From Fibrobacteria bacterium (GTDB taxonomy: Bacteria > Fibrobacterota > Fibrobacteria > UBA11236), in assembly GCA_050486505.1 (NCBI GenBank), contig JBJHDK010000027.1, forward strand, positions 1 to 17,708: a DNA stretch of 17,708 nucleotides, read 5' to 3'. Position numbers and translations under genes: made by a program. A model generated the notes under the pieces. The model was not told where the DNA came from. It made no database searches and worked only from the letters and a program-made list of their open reading frames with translations. Below are positions 6,795-14,918 of the stretch, one piece after another (within the stretch, counting starts at the first letter, position 1; the number at the start of each line of letters is the position of its first letter).

Positions 6795-9266
6795 ATGAGA
6801 CATCGCCTGACTTTGCTCCCCGTCCTCGCTCTTCTCACCGCATTCACCGCCTGCGGCAACGCCAAGACCGGGGACAAACCCCTGGCGCGCATCGACGGCA
6901 AGATGTTCACGGAGGCGGAATTCGCGCTTCGGCTCGCGACCATTGAGCATGACCAGCTCGAAGCGATGCTGGCGGACCCGGAACGCCGCAGGGACGAGTT
7001 CAACAAGCTGTTGCGCACCCGGCTTTTCGCTCTCGCCGGCGAGAACTCCAGATTTGGCCGCAACCGCGACTACCGCACGCGGGCGGCTTCAATCGGCGAC
7101 CGGGTCCTCACGCAGTACTACTTCGACGCCCACCTGACATCGCGAGGGGGAATCTCCCCCGATGAAATCGCCGCGTACTACGATGCAAATCCCGCGCGCT
7201 TTGCCGACGAGTCCGGCGTCATCCCGCCCCTCAGGAGGGTGATGGCGCGCGTCGCCGACTCCATCCTGGTCGCGGAGGCGGATCTGGACTCCTTCTTCAA
7301 CGCGCAAAAATTCGCGTATCTGCGCCGCGCGACGGCGGACATCGCCATGATCCGCACCGATACACGCCAAGAGGCCGAACGCGCCCATCGCGCGCTGCGG
7401 AGCGGCACATCCTTCGCCGATGCCGCATCCCGCTTTTCGAACCACGCATCGAAGGACGATGGCGGAAACATCGGCCAGGTCACGCAGGGGATCTTCCACT
7501 TCGAGGTCGGCTCGCAACTTCTCGCCGACACGCTTTTCTTCATCGAACCCGCGCGCATCGCTCCCGGCAGGTTTACCGACGTTCGCGAGCGTGACGGGCG
7601 GTACTTCATCTTCCTTCTGAAAAGCCGCAGCGAAGAATCGTATCCCGATCCCGCGGAGATCCGCGACCGCCTTGTCGCGGACTACATCCGCCTGCACAAG
7701 GACAGGCTGCATCGCGAGGCGGTCGACCGCCTCAAGGAGAAGTACGGCCTCCGCCTCGTCTCACCGTTCCGCCCCGCAACCGAGCGTGACCTCCGAACCC
7801 ACTATCAAAACAATGCGGAGAACTACACGAGCCCCGAAACTTTCGAGCTCTATCACATCCAGGCCGGTAGCCGGGAAGCGATCGAAGAGCTCATTGAATC
7901 CATCTCCTCGCTCGAGGAGTTCCGGAACGCGGCCCGGGAACACTCCACCAACCCGCTCACGCTTGATGGCGACGGCCGCGTCGGCACGGTGAAGCGCGAC
8001 TTCAGCCTCCCCTACGGAATCGGAACGCTTCCCGCGCTTTTCAATGCCATCGACGATCATGGGGGGACGGGCCTGCTGCCGGATCCCGTCCTGAGCCCGA
8101 CCACGCGCACCTGGCACGCATTCTGGGTCGTCAATAGGGGGGAACCCGTGCTGAAACCCTTCGACAGGGTGCGCGCATTGGTCAAGCTTGACTTCGAGGA
8201 GAACCGGATCCCCCAAGTCGGCCCCAACGACACCCTCGCCGTCATTGAAAAGATGGGAAAGATCATTCGCGAATCCGACGTGCAGTTCCTTCGTTCCGAG
8301 ATCCCCGAATCGACGCGTGAGTTGTACACAAGGGACAACCTCGTCGACTATCTGGCGGTGTGGGCCATCTTCTCCGCGGAGGCCCGCGCCTTGGGGTTGC
8401 ACCGGGAAGACCGCGCGCGCGCCCTGATGATGCAGGCCGAAGACGGTTTCTGGAGAAGCCTGTACCAGGACTCCATCCTGGCTTTCTTCCACGAGACCCC
8501 GCAAAGAACCCTCGACAGGACCTTGCGCGCGCAACGGGATCTCTTCGTGAGGGAGGGTGTGGAGGTCAGCCCGACCGCGCTGGCCCGCGACATCGCAGGC
8601 TACCTGCAACTGACACCGGCTGATTTCGATCTCGAATACCACACGAATCCGGAACGCTACATGCGCGACACACTTCAGATGAGCTTCGATGAGGCGCGCC
8701 GCCAGATCTTCCAGCACCTGCGCCCGGTCGCGCATGCGCGACTCGACGCGCATGTGATGAACACCCTGAAGAAGCGGTTCCGCGTGCGCATCCTCGACGC
8801 TTCCCTCGAGGAGCCGCCGCTCGGCACGGCGCAGGAGGCCTATGCACGCGCGCAGCAGCTTCACTTCGATCGGCGGATCGACCAGGCCCTCGCGCTCTAC
8901 GAAAGAATGCGCGAGGCCTTCCCCCGCCGTGCCGGCGTCCAGGACTCGGTCGGCTTCGGTATCGCCCAGCTTCATGTGGAACAGCAGCGCTACCAGCAGG
9001 CCCTCGCGGAATATCGTCGGGTGCTGCACCTGAGGCCCGAGAGCCCGAATGCCTACAAGGCGATGTTCATGATCGGGTTCATCCAGGCGGAATATCTCCG
9101 GCGCGACGAGGCGGCCATCCGCACCTTCGAGACCATGCTCGAGAAATATCCCGACACGGATCTTTCCGAGGACGCGGACTGGATGATCCGCAACATCCGC
9201 AGCGGAGGCGAACTCATGCCCGTTCTTGAAGATGATTTCGAGGATTGGGGGGACGGGGAGGAATAA
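6795..9266 (+). CDS. Lipoprotein foldase: PrsA/SurA-like chaperone with two parvulin (PpiC) domains and a C-terminal TPR domain, 823 aa
   Basis: Lipobox LLTAFTA-C, then PrsA-like LARIDGKMFTEAEF. Parvulin motifs SFADAASRFSNHASKDDGGNIG and EFRNAAREHSTNPLTLDGDGRVG. About three TPRs (AYARAQQL...FP, GIAQLHVEQQRYQQALAEY...PES, KAMFMIGFI...KYPDT) and an acidic tail. Confidence 0.85.
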   Translation: MRHRLTLLPVLALLTAFTACGNAKTGDKPLARIDGKMFTEAEFALRLATIEHDQLEAMLADPERRRDEFNKLLRTRLFALAGENSRFGRNRDYRTRAASIGDRVLTQYYFDAHLTSRGGISPDEIAAYYDANPARFADESGVIPPLRRVMARVADSILVAEADLDSFFNAQKFAYLRRATADIAMIRTDTRQEAERAHRALRSGTSFADAASRFSNHASKDDGGNIGQVTQGIFHFEVGSQLLADTLFFIEPARIAPGRFTDVRERDGRYFIFLLKSRSEESYPDPAEIRDRLVADYIRLHKDRLHREAVDRLKEKYGLRLVSPFRPATERDLRTHYQNNAENYTSPETFELYHIQAGSREAIEELIESISSLEEFRNAAREHSTNPLTLDGDGRVGTVKRDFSLPYGIGTLPALFNAIDDHGGTGLLPDPVLSPTTRTWHAFWVVNRGEPVLKPFDRVRALVKLDFEENRIPQVGPNDTLAVIEKMGKIIRESDVQFLRSEIPESTRELYTRDNLVDYLAVWAIFSAEARALGLHREDRARALMMQAEDGFWRSLYQDSILAFFHETPQRTLDRTLRAQRDLFVREGVEVSPTALARDIAGYLQLTPADFDLEYHTNPERYMRDTLQMSFDEARRQIFQHLRPVAHARLDAHVMNTLKKRFRVRILDASLEEPPLGTAQEAYARAQQLHFDRRIDQALALYERMREAFPRRAGVQDSVGFGIAQLHVEQQRYQQALAEYRRVLHLRPESPNAYKAMFMIGFIQAEYLRRDEAAIRTFETMLEKYPDTDLSEDADWMIRNIRSGGELMPVLEDDFEDWGDGEE

Positions 9267-9293
9267 GCCCCGCGTTCAGGGACATTCCCGCGC

Positions 9294-9322
9294 AAACGCC
9301 TTCCCCTCGGGAAGGCGTTTTT
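9294..9322 (+). terminator. Intrinsic terminator after the PPIase lipoprotein
   Basis: Perfect inverted repeat AAACGCCTTCCC-ctc-GGGAAGGCGTTT ending in a T-run (9318-9322), 27 nt after the stop codon. Confidence 0.8.
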
Positions 9323-9353
9323 GCGTTCCGAAATGCCGGTCTATCTTTGGGGA

Positions 9354-9911
9354 ATGATGTCTCCCTCGCAAGGGCATCCCTTCCATCCCGACCGTCTCGC
9401 CGCGTTCAGGGGGTTCCTGCGCCGTCGGCTACCCGATGCGGCAACCGCCGAGGATATCCTGCAAGAAAACCTTTTGAAAGCGTTGCAACAGGATGCATGG
9501 AGCGAAAAAGAAAACCCTTCCGCATGGTTCCATCGTGTTTTGCGAAATGCCGTGACGGATTTTTACAGGGCGCGCGCCGCAAAAAATCGCCGTGAAACAG
9601 CCTTCGTCGCAGAACTCGGGGAAACCGACCCCGGACACGACGTGCCGGAAGAAGAAGCGTGCACATGCTTTCGCGCCTCCCTTCCGGAACTGAAGCAGGA
9701 ATATGCAGAGATCCTGCGCATCGTCGATCTTGACGGCATTCCGCAGGCGGATGCGGCCGTCCGGCTCGGCCTGAGCGGAAACAACCTCTCGGTGCGCCTC
9801 CATCGGGCTCGCAAGGCCCTGAGGGCCCGGCTGCTTGAATCCTGCGGTGCCTGCGCGAAGCACGGGTGCCTCGACTGTTCCTGTCGGCACGAAAAAAACA
9901 CCATACTGTAA
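9354..9911 (+). CDS. ECF sigma factor, CorE-like metal-dependent type (CxC linker plus C-terminal Cys-rich domain)
   Basis: sigma2 motifs [12 protein letters not shown] and [15 protein letters not shown]. sigma4 [30 protein letters not shown]. Linker CTC and C-terminal [14 protein letters not shown]. Lies directly upstream of a Cu-ATPase. Start ATG 9354 or 9357; the track's TTG 9321 lies in the terminator tail. Confidence 0.9.
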   Translation: MMSPSQGHPFHPDRLAAFRGFLRRRLPDAATAEDILQENLLKALQQDAWSEKENPSAWFHRVLRNAVTDFYRARAAKNRRETAFVAELGETDPGHDVPEEEACTCFRASLPELKQEYAEILRIVDLDGIPQADAAVRLGLSGNNLSVRLHRARKALRARLLESCGACAKHGCLDCSCRHEKNTIL

Positions 9912-9934
9912 GATTCGCCGATCCGTTTCGTCTT
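9907..9934 (+). promoter_or_regulatory. ECF-type promoter upstream of copA
   Basis: TGTAAG (9907-9912), 16-nt spacer, CGTCTT (9929-9934), the usual ECF -35/-10 layout, 27 nt before the copA ATG. SD GGGAGG at 9951-9956. Confidence 0.65.
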
Positions 9935-9961
9935 CAAGATGAAACCCACAGGGAGGAAAAC

Positions 9962-12418
9962 ATGGCAGACCCGGCATCCGGACACGCATCGCACCATGAA
10001 CCGCAGGGATCGTGCTGCGGGCACGAAAAACCCGTTCCGGGACCTGCATCCTTCCTCGACCCGGTCTGCGGCATGACGGTCGATCCTGCCAGGGCCGCAG
10101 GACACTCGAAGCATGCGGGCAAGGACTGGTACTTCTGCAGCAAGGGCTGCAAGGCGAAATTCGACGCCGATCCGGAACGTTACGCCTCCCCTGCGCCGGA
10201 CAAGGATGCCGCCCACGACTGCGGCTCCCCGAAGGCGACCCCAGGCACGGAAGGAACCGCGAAGGAAGCCCCACGCACCTCGGGACGCGATCTCTCCCAG
10301 GTCCGTCACACCTGCCCGATGCACCCCGAAGTCTCGCAGCTCGGCCCCGGGAACTGCCCCAAGTGCGGCATGGCCCTTGAGCCCGAGGAAATTTCCGCGG
10401 AGGAGGATGCGAACCCCGAGCTGGATGACATGACGCGACGACTCTACGTCAGCGCGGCACTGACCCTGCCCGTGCTGTTCCTGGCCATGGGACACATGCT
10501 TCCCGGCATTTCGCCGCACGGGTTCTTCGCCACTCCGCTGCGCGGCTGGCTGGAGCTGCTGCTGTCCGCCCCGGTCGTGCTCTGGGGAGGCCTCCCCTTC
10601 TTCGTGCGCGCCTGGGAATCGATGCGCCACCGCAGCCCGAACATGTTCACCCTCATCGGCATCGGCACGGGGGCAGCCTTCGCGTACAGCACCCTCGCCG
10701 TCGTCGCCCCCGGGATTTTTCCGGAGACCTTGCGCGACGCCCACGGCAACGTGGGTCTCTACTTCGAAGCCGCGGCCGTGATCGTCACGCTCGTGTTGCT
10801 GGGGCAGGTTCTCGAGCTTCGCGCCCGCGCCCGGACAGGCGCCGCCGTGCGCGCCCTGCTGGGCCTCGCGGCCAAGACCGCGCGACGCGTGCGCGAGGAC
10901 GGCTCCGACGAGGACGTGCCTCTGGATGCCGTCGTTCCGGGCGACGTGCTGCGCGTGCGACCGGGGGAGAAAATCCCCGTCGACGGCGTGGTGCTGGAAG
11001 GAACCGCGTCCGTGGACGAATCGATGCTCACGGGGGAATCCCTCCCGGTCGGCAAGGCTGCGGGCGATTCCGTCGCCGGGGCCACGCTGAACGGCACGGG
11101 AACCTTTCTCATGCGCGCCACGAAGGTCGGAAGCGACACCTTGCTCGCCCGGATCGTGGCCATGGTCGCCGCGGCGCAGCGAAGCCGGGCGCCGGTGCAG
11201 CGCCTCGTCGACAAGGTTTCCTTCTACTTCGTCCCGGCCGTCGTCGTGATTGCCATGCTGGCCTTCGCCGCGTGGCTGACCTTCGGCCCCGAGCCCCGCC
11301 TCGCGCACGCGCTTGTCGCCTCCGTCGCCGTGCTCATCATCGCCTGTCCTTGCGCGTTGGGCTTGGCGACACCCATGTCGATCATGGTCGCCGCCGGCAA
11401 AGGAGCGACCATGGGCGTGTTGTTTCGCGACGCGGAAGCCATCGAAGCCCTGCGTTCGATCGACACGCTCGTCGTGGACAAGACCGGAACCCTGACCGAG
11501 GGGAAACCCGCGGTCACGCATCTCGAGGCCGAAGGAATCCCCGGGGACGATTTGTTGAGACTGGTGGCCGCGCTGGAGAAATCCAGCGAACACCCCCTCG
11601 CCGATGCCATCGTGCAGGCCGCGCGCGCGCGCGGATTGAAACTCCCGGAAGCGACGGAGTTCACCTCCATGACCGGAATGGGAGTGCGGGGCACCGTCGA
11701 GGGCCGCCGCCTTGCCTCGGGGAACCTTGCGTTGATGCGCGCCTCCGGGATCGACGCCTCCGCGTGGGAAGCACGCGCCGAGGACTTGCGAAAGCGAGGC
11801 CAGACAGCCCTGCTCGTCGCGATCGACGGAGCGGTCGCGGGATTGGTCGGCGTCTCGGATCCCGTCAAGGAAAACGCCGTGGAAGCCCTCGACGCCCTGC
11901 GTCGCGAAGGAGTCCGTGTGATCATGCTGACGGGAGACAATGCCACCACTGCGCGTGCCGTCGCCGCCCGCGTCGGCATCGCGTCGGACGACGTCCTGGC
12001 GGAAGTACTGCCGGAAGACAAGGCCAGGCACGTCGCCCGACTGCAGGCGGAGGGACGCAAGGTGGCCATGGCAGGCGACGGCATCAACGACTCGCCCGCC
12101 CTCGCCCGCGCGACGGTGGGGATCGCGATGGGATCGGGAACCGACGTCGCAATGGAAAGCGCGCACGTGACGCTCGTGAAGGGAGACCTGCGCGGCATCC
12201 TGCGCGCGAGGGCGCTGTCGCGCGCGACCATGCGCAACATCCGCCAGAACCTCGTGTTCGCCTTCGGGTACAACACGTTGGGAGTGCCCGTCGCGGCGGG
12301 CGTCCTCTACCCCGTGTTCGGGATTCTACTGAGTCCGATGATCGCCGCCGCCGCGATGAGTTTCAGTTCCGTGTCGGTGATCGCGAATGCGCTGCGACTG
12401 AGGAAGATGCGGGTTTAA
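9962..12418 (+). CDS. copA: Copper(I)-translocating P1B-type ATPase with N-terminal YHS/TRASH and CPMHP heavy-metal-binding domains, 818 aa
   Basis: DPVCGM...YFCSKGC (YHS), TCPMHP...[51 protein letters not shown], plus the YN and MSFSS Cu(+) ligand motifs. Strong SD before ATG 9962. Confidence 0.96.
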   Translation: MADPASGHASHHEPQGSCCGHEKPVPGPASFLDPVCGMTVDPARAAGHSKHAGKDWYFCSKGCKAKFDADPERYASPAPDKDAAHDCGSPKATPGTEGTAKEAPRTSGRDLSQVRHTCPMHPEVSQLGPGNCPKCGMALEPEEISAEEDANPELDDMTRRLYVSAALTLPVLFLAMGHMLPGISPHGFFATPLRGWLELLLSAPVVLWGGLPFFVRAWESMRHRSPNMFTLIGIGTGAAFAYSTLAVVAPGIFPETLRDAHGNVGLYFEAAAVIVTLVLLGQVLELRARARTGAAVRALLGLAAKTARRVREDGSDEDVPLDAVVPGDVLRVRPGEKIPVDGVVLEGTASVDESMLTGESLPVGKAAGDSVAGATLNGTGTFLMRATKVGSDTLLARIVAMVAAAQRSRAPVQRLVDKVSFYFVPAVVVIAMLAFAAWLTFGPEPRLAHALVASVAVLIIACPCALGLATPMSIMVAAGKGATMGVLFRDAEAIEALRSIDTLVVDKTGTLTEGKPAVTHLEAEGIPGDDLLRLVAALEKSSEHPLADAIVQAARARGLKLPEATEFTSMTGMGVRGTVEGRRLASGNLALMRASGIDASAWEARAEDLRKRGQTALLVAIDGAVAGLVGVSDPVKENAVEALDALRREGVRVIMLTGDNATTARAVAARVGIASDDVLAEVLPEDKARHVARLQAEGRKVAMAGDGINDSPALARATVGIAMGSGTDVAMESAHVTLVKGDLRGILRARALSRATMRNIRQNLVFAFGYNTLGVPVAAGVLYPVFGILLSPMIAAAAMSFSSVSVIANALRLRKMRV

Positions 12419-12476
12419 GGAGTCGGGATCCTGGAACGGGATCGGATGCGCCGCTCCCGTTTCCTCATTTGACTCC
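12419..12476. terminator. Imperfect stem-loop between the convergent copA and rhodanese genes
   Basis: Inner arms GGAACGGGA (12433-12441) and TCCCGTTTCC (near 12455-12464), outer arms GGAGTC/GACTCC. Weak U-tract. Confidence 0.35.
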
Positions 12477-12500
12477 CCGGTTCCGATTCTCAAGGGCAGT

Positions 12501-12935
12501 TCAATTCTTCTCGACCGGATACCCGTCCCTGATCCATCCGGGCATGTCGCCTTTGAGGTGGTGGATGTCCGTGAAACCCTGCTTGCGAAGCTCTCGTGCC
12601 GCGAGCCCTGCGCGGCGCCCGCTCTGGCAATAAAGAAGTACCGGGCGCTCCTTGTCACCGAGCAGATCTTCAATCTCGCCCGCCCGGACACCCATGTCCC
12701 CGTGAGGGATATTGATCGCCCCGGGCACATGGCCTTGCGCGAACTCTCCTGCGCCGCGGACATCCACAATCAACGGGGCATCGCCCGCCTCAATGCGTTG
12801 CATGAGGCCTGCGGCCTCCACGGGTTGCATGAGAGGCGCCGCTTGCGCACCTCCCCAAGCCGTGGCGATCAAGGTTCCGGCAACGAGTGCAAGCGCGGCG
12901 AAACGAAAGGAGACGGGCAAGGATGATGTTTTCAT
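12501..12935 (-). CDS. Exported single-domain rhodanese (PspE-like sulfurtransferase), 144 aa
   Basis: Signal peptide MKTSS...ALALVAGTLIATAWGGAQA-A. Motifs IVDVR...EFAQGHVPGAINIP, active-site loop YCQSGRRA, and LKGDMPGW. This is the C-terminal part of track ORF 12501..14339; the real start is ATG 12935. Confidence 0.92.
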   Translation of the reverse strand: MKTSSLPVSFRFAALALVAGTLIATAWGGAQAAPLMQPVEAAGLMQRIEAGDAPLIVDVRGAGEFAQGHVPGAINIPHGDMGVRAGEIEDLLGDKERPVLLYCQSGRRAGLAARELRKQGFTDIHHLKGDMPGWIRDGYPVEKN

Positions 12936-12942
12936 GCCGTCC

Positions 12943-12971
12943 AAAGTACGCGACTCGATGGATCCACGCAA
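12943..12971 (-). promoter_or_regulatory. sigma70-type promoter for the rhodanese, probably giving a leaderless mRNA
   Basis: The minus strand reads TTGCGT-N17-TACTTT-N7-ATG, with no SD sequence. Confidence 0.6.
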
Positions 12972-13108
12972 CCTCTCCCGGTGACAAGTGTCACACGAAA
13001 CCGGCCCGGAATCCGCGTACGAAGCCGGAAGTTCGCGAAAAGAACGCCCGGACGCAGGAAGTCCCCCGAAGAGGCCCCCCGACCGGCCGGCTGTAAATAA
13101 GGGTAAGG

Positions 13109-13184
13109 TGGAGCGGACTATCGGACTCGAACCGACGACCATCTGCATGGGAAGCAGAAGCTCTACCAACTGAGCTAAGTCCGC
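13109..13184 (-). tRNA. tRNA-Gly (CCC)
   Basis: Reverse complement GCGGACTTAGCTCAGTTGGTAGAGCTTCTGCTT-CCC-ATGCAGATGGTCGTCGGTTCGAGTCCGATAGTCCGCTCCA: 76-nt cloverleaf, U73 discriminator, encoded CCA. Confidence 0.97.
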
Positions 13185-13194
13185 GCGGAGGGGA

Positions 13195-13250
13195 AATATA
13201 GCGACACGGAAGCATGCAGAAAAGACGAAAATGTCCGGGAGTGTTACTTT
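13195..13250. promoter_or_regulatory. Back-to-back promoters for tRNA-Gly (minus strand) and the ndk operon (plus strand)
   Basis: Minus-strand -10 TATATT at 13195-13200, 10 nt before the tRNA. Plus-strand extended -10 TG-T-TACTTT at 13242-13250. Both -35 elements are weak. Confidence 0.45.
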
Positions 13251-13283
13251 ATTGGCCCATTTTTTGGATTTTAGGGCGCAACC

Positions 13284-13742
13284 ATGCAAACTACCCTCGT
13301 TATCATCAAGCCTAACGGCGTTCGCGGCGGCCTTATCGGCGAGATTCTCTCCCGTTACGAAAAATCCCGCCTCGCAGTAGCCGCCATTCGCATCCGCGCC
13401 ATCACGCGTGCCGAGGCCGAGGGTTTCTATGCCGAACACAAGGAGCGGGGCTTCTTCGGCGAACTGGTGGATTTCATGACGTCGGGCCCCGTGGTCTTGC
13501 TCGCGCTTCGCGGCGAAAAGGCAGTGGAGGCCGCCCGCCACATGAACGGCGCCACCAACCCCGCCAACGCCATGCCTGGTACCATCCGTCACGATTTCGC
13601 CCCCTCCACGGGAGAGAATGTCGTGCACTCCTCCGACTCGCCCGAAAGCGCGTTGCGCGAGGTCGCCTACTGGTTCGATGCCTCCGAGCTCACGGAGTAC
13701 GTGCCCGACTCGCACGTCCTCCCGTCGCAGCTTCCGGCCTGA
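13284..13742 (+). CDS. ndk: Nucleoside-diphosphate kinase, 152 aa
   Basis: TLVIIKPNGV, FYAEHKERGFF, FMTSGPV, GATNP, PGTIR, catalytic His in NVVHSSDS, REVAYWF. Confidence 0.97.
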   Translation: MQTTLVIIKPNGVRGGLIGEILSRYEKSRLAVAAIRIRAITRAEAEGFYAEHKERGFFGELVDFMTSGPVVLLALRGEKAVEAARHMNGATNPANAMPGTIRHDFAPSTGENVVHSSDSPESALREVAYWFDASELTEYVPDSHVLPSQLPA

Positions 13743-13776
13743 CCTGCCGCGGTCGCGCCTCGCGGGAAGGATCACG

Positions 13777-14292
13777 ATGCTGCTTCCCTGGAAAGGTCTG
13801 TCACCCACTCTCGGGCCACGTGTGTTCGTGGCTCCCGACGCCACCCTCGTCGGCGACGTCATGCTCGGTGAAGATGCATCCGTCTTCTTCCAGTGTGTGC
13901 TGCGCGCCGACATCAACGCCATCCGCGTCGGCGCCCGCACCAACATCCAGGACCACACCACGGTGCACCTCGCCAGCAACCTTCCCACGGTGCTCGGCGA
14001 TGACGTGAGCGTCGGCCACCGCTGCATCCTGCATGCCTGCACCTTGGGTAATCGCGTGCTCGTCGGCATGGGATCGATCCTCATGGACGGCGCAGTCATC
14101 GGTGAAGAAAGCATCGTGGGGGCCGGAAGCCTTGTCCCGAAAGGCAGGGAGTTCCCGGCAGGCTCGCTCATCCTCGGGAGCCCCGCGAAACTGGTTCGCG
14201 AACTGTCCATCGGGGAACGCGAAAGCATCGCTGCGCTGGCCCGCAAATACGTGGGAGTCAAAAACACGTACCTTGAGCAGGCGAACCCCTGA
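13777..14292 (+). CDS. Gamma carbonic anhydrase family (YrdA/PaaY-like) hexapeptide-repeat protein, 171 aa
   Basis: SD GGAAGGA at 13765-13771 and ATG at 13777. Motifs LRADINAIRVGARTNIQD, three metal-ligand His (VHL, VGHR, ILHAC), LVGMGS, GSPAK. Confidence 0.93.
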   Translation: MLLPWKGLSPTLGPRVFVAPDATLVGDVMLGEDASVFFQCVLRADINAIRVGARTNIQDHTTVHLASNLPTVLGDDVSVGHRCILHACTLGNRVLVGMGSILMDGAVIGEESIVGAGSLVPKGREFPAGSLILGSPAKLVRELSIGERESIAALARKYVGVKNTYLEQANP

Positions 14293-14302
14293 CAGGTCCC
14301 CC

Positions 14303-14917
14303 GTGAAAATCCTGGCCTCCAACCTCCTCTTTCTCGCAATCGCCTTCCTGGTCTCGGGCTGGCTGATCAGCACCTACATGGGTGTCAGGGCCACCCCCCA
14401 AACCTATTCCGATCCCAGCCTGATTCCCGGGGGCGCAGAAGCCGTCATCGTGCCCGGCGCCAGCGTTTACCGGTCCGGAAGGCTTTCACCGGTGCTTCAG
14501 GAGCGCATGGAGGCCGCACTGGAAGCGGCTTTCGAACGCCCGGGCATCCTGCTCGTGCTTTCCGGAACGACGGTTCCCGACGGATACAGCGAAACGCGAG
14601 CCATGCGGGACTATGCACTCGCCCGCGGTTTCCCCGCCGAGGACCTGCGCATCGATGATGATGGACGCAGCACGTTTCTCACTCTTTTGAATGCACGGCA
14701 GCGTTTCGGGCTCGGCAGCGTGATCATCGTGAGCCAGTCATATCACCTGCCCCGTTCCCTCTATGTGGCCCGCAGACTGGGACTCGAGGCCTACGGCCTG
14801 CGCGCGGAAGTTTCCCCGGAGTCCGATGTGGCGGCGCGCAACACGCGTGAATGGCTGAGCCGCACGAAGGACTTCGCATTGGTGCGGGTCTTTCACTATT
14901 TCCTTTCAACCGAATGA
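14303..14917 (+). CDS. sanA: SanA/YdcF/ElyC (DUF218) family membrane-anchored protein, 204 aa
   Basis: GTG at 14303 and an N-terminal TM helix. Motifs VIVPGA...LSPVLQER, LVLSG, YSETRAMRDY, DDDGRSTF, SQSYHLPRSLY, REWLSR. Confidence 0.85.
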   Translation: MKILASNLLFLAIAFLVSGWLISTYMGVRATPQTYSDPSLIPGGAEAVIVPGASVYRSGRLSPVLQERMEAALEAAFERPGILLVLSGTTVPDGYSETRAMRDYALARGFPAEDLRIDDDGRSTFLTLLNARQRFGLGSVIIVSQSYHLPRSLYVARRLGLEAYGLRAEVSPESDVAARNTREWLSRTKDFALVRVFHYFLSTE

Positions 14918-14918
14918 T

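Noticed and set aside
7089..9029. Minus-strand ORFs of 207 and 422 aa
   Set aside because: They are antisense to the well-supported PPIase lipoprotein and carry no motifs.
9866..9961. Track N-terminal extensions of copA (from 9866), gamma-CA (13618), sanA (14033), the SurA-like gene (15890) and rplU (17025)
   Set aside because: Each overlaps the upstream gene. Downstream starts match the family N-termini, and most have an SD.
9563..12166. 867-aa minus-strand ORF
   Set aside because: It is an antisense shadow of copA and the sigma gene, expected with high-GC codon bias, and has no recognisable motifs.
13056..13083. Hairpin with a cUUCGg loop downstream of tRNA-Gly on the minus strand
   Set aside because: The stem is imperfect with several G-U pairs and a mismatch, and there is no U-tract. 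Too weak to call a terminator or ncRNA.
9267..13109. Sigma-copA-rhodanese block as a genomic island integrated at the 3' end of tRNA-Gly
   Set aside because: I found no integrase or transposase, no duplicated tRNA 3' end near 9270-9350, and no obvious compositional shift. An old acquisition cannot be excluded.
12936..14339. N-terminal ~470 aa of the 612-aa minus-strand ORF, apparently fused to the rhodanese
   Set aside because: It runs antisense to gamma-CA and ndk and straight through tRNA-Gly. The rhodanese has its own promoter, ATG (12935) and signal peptide.
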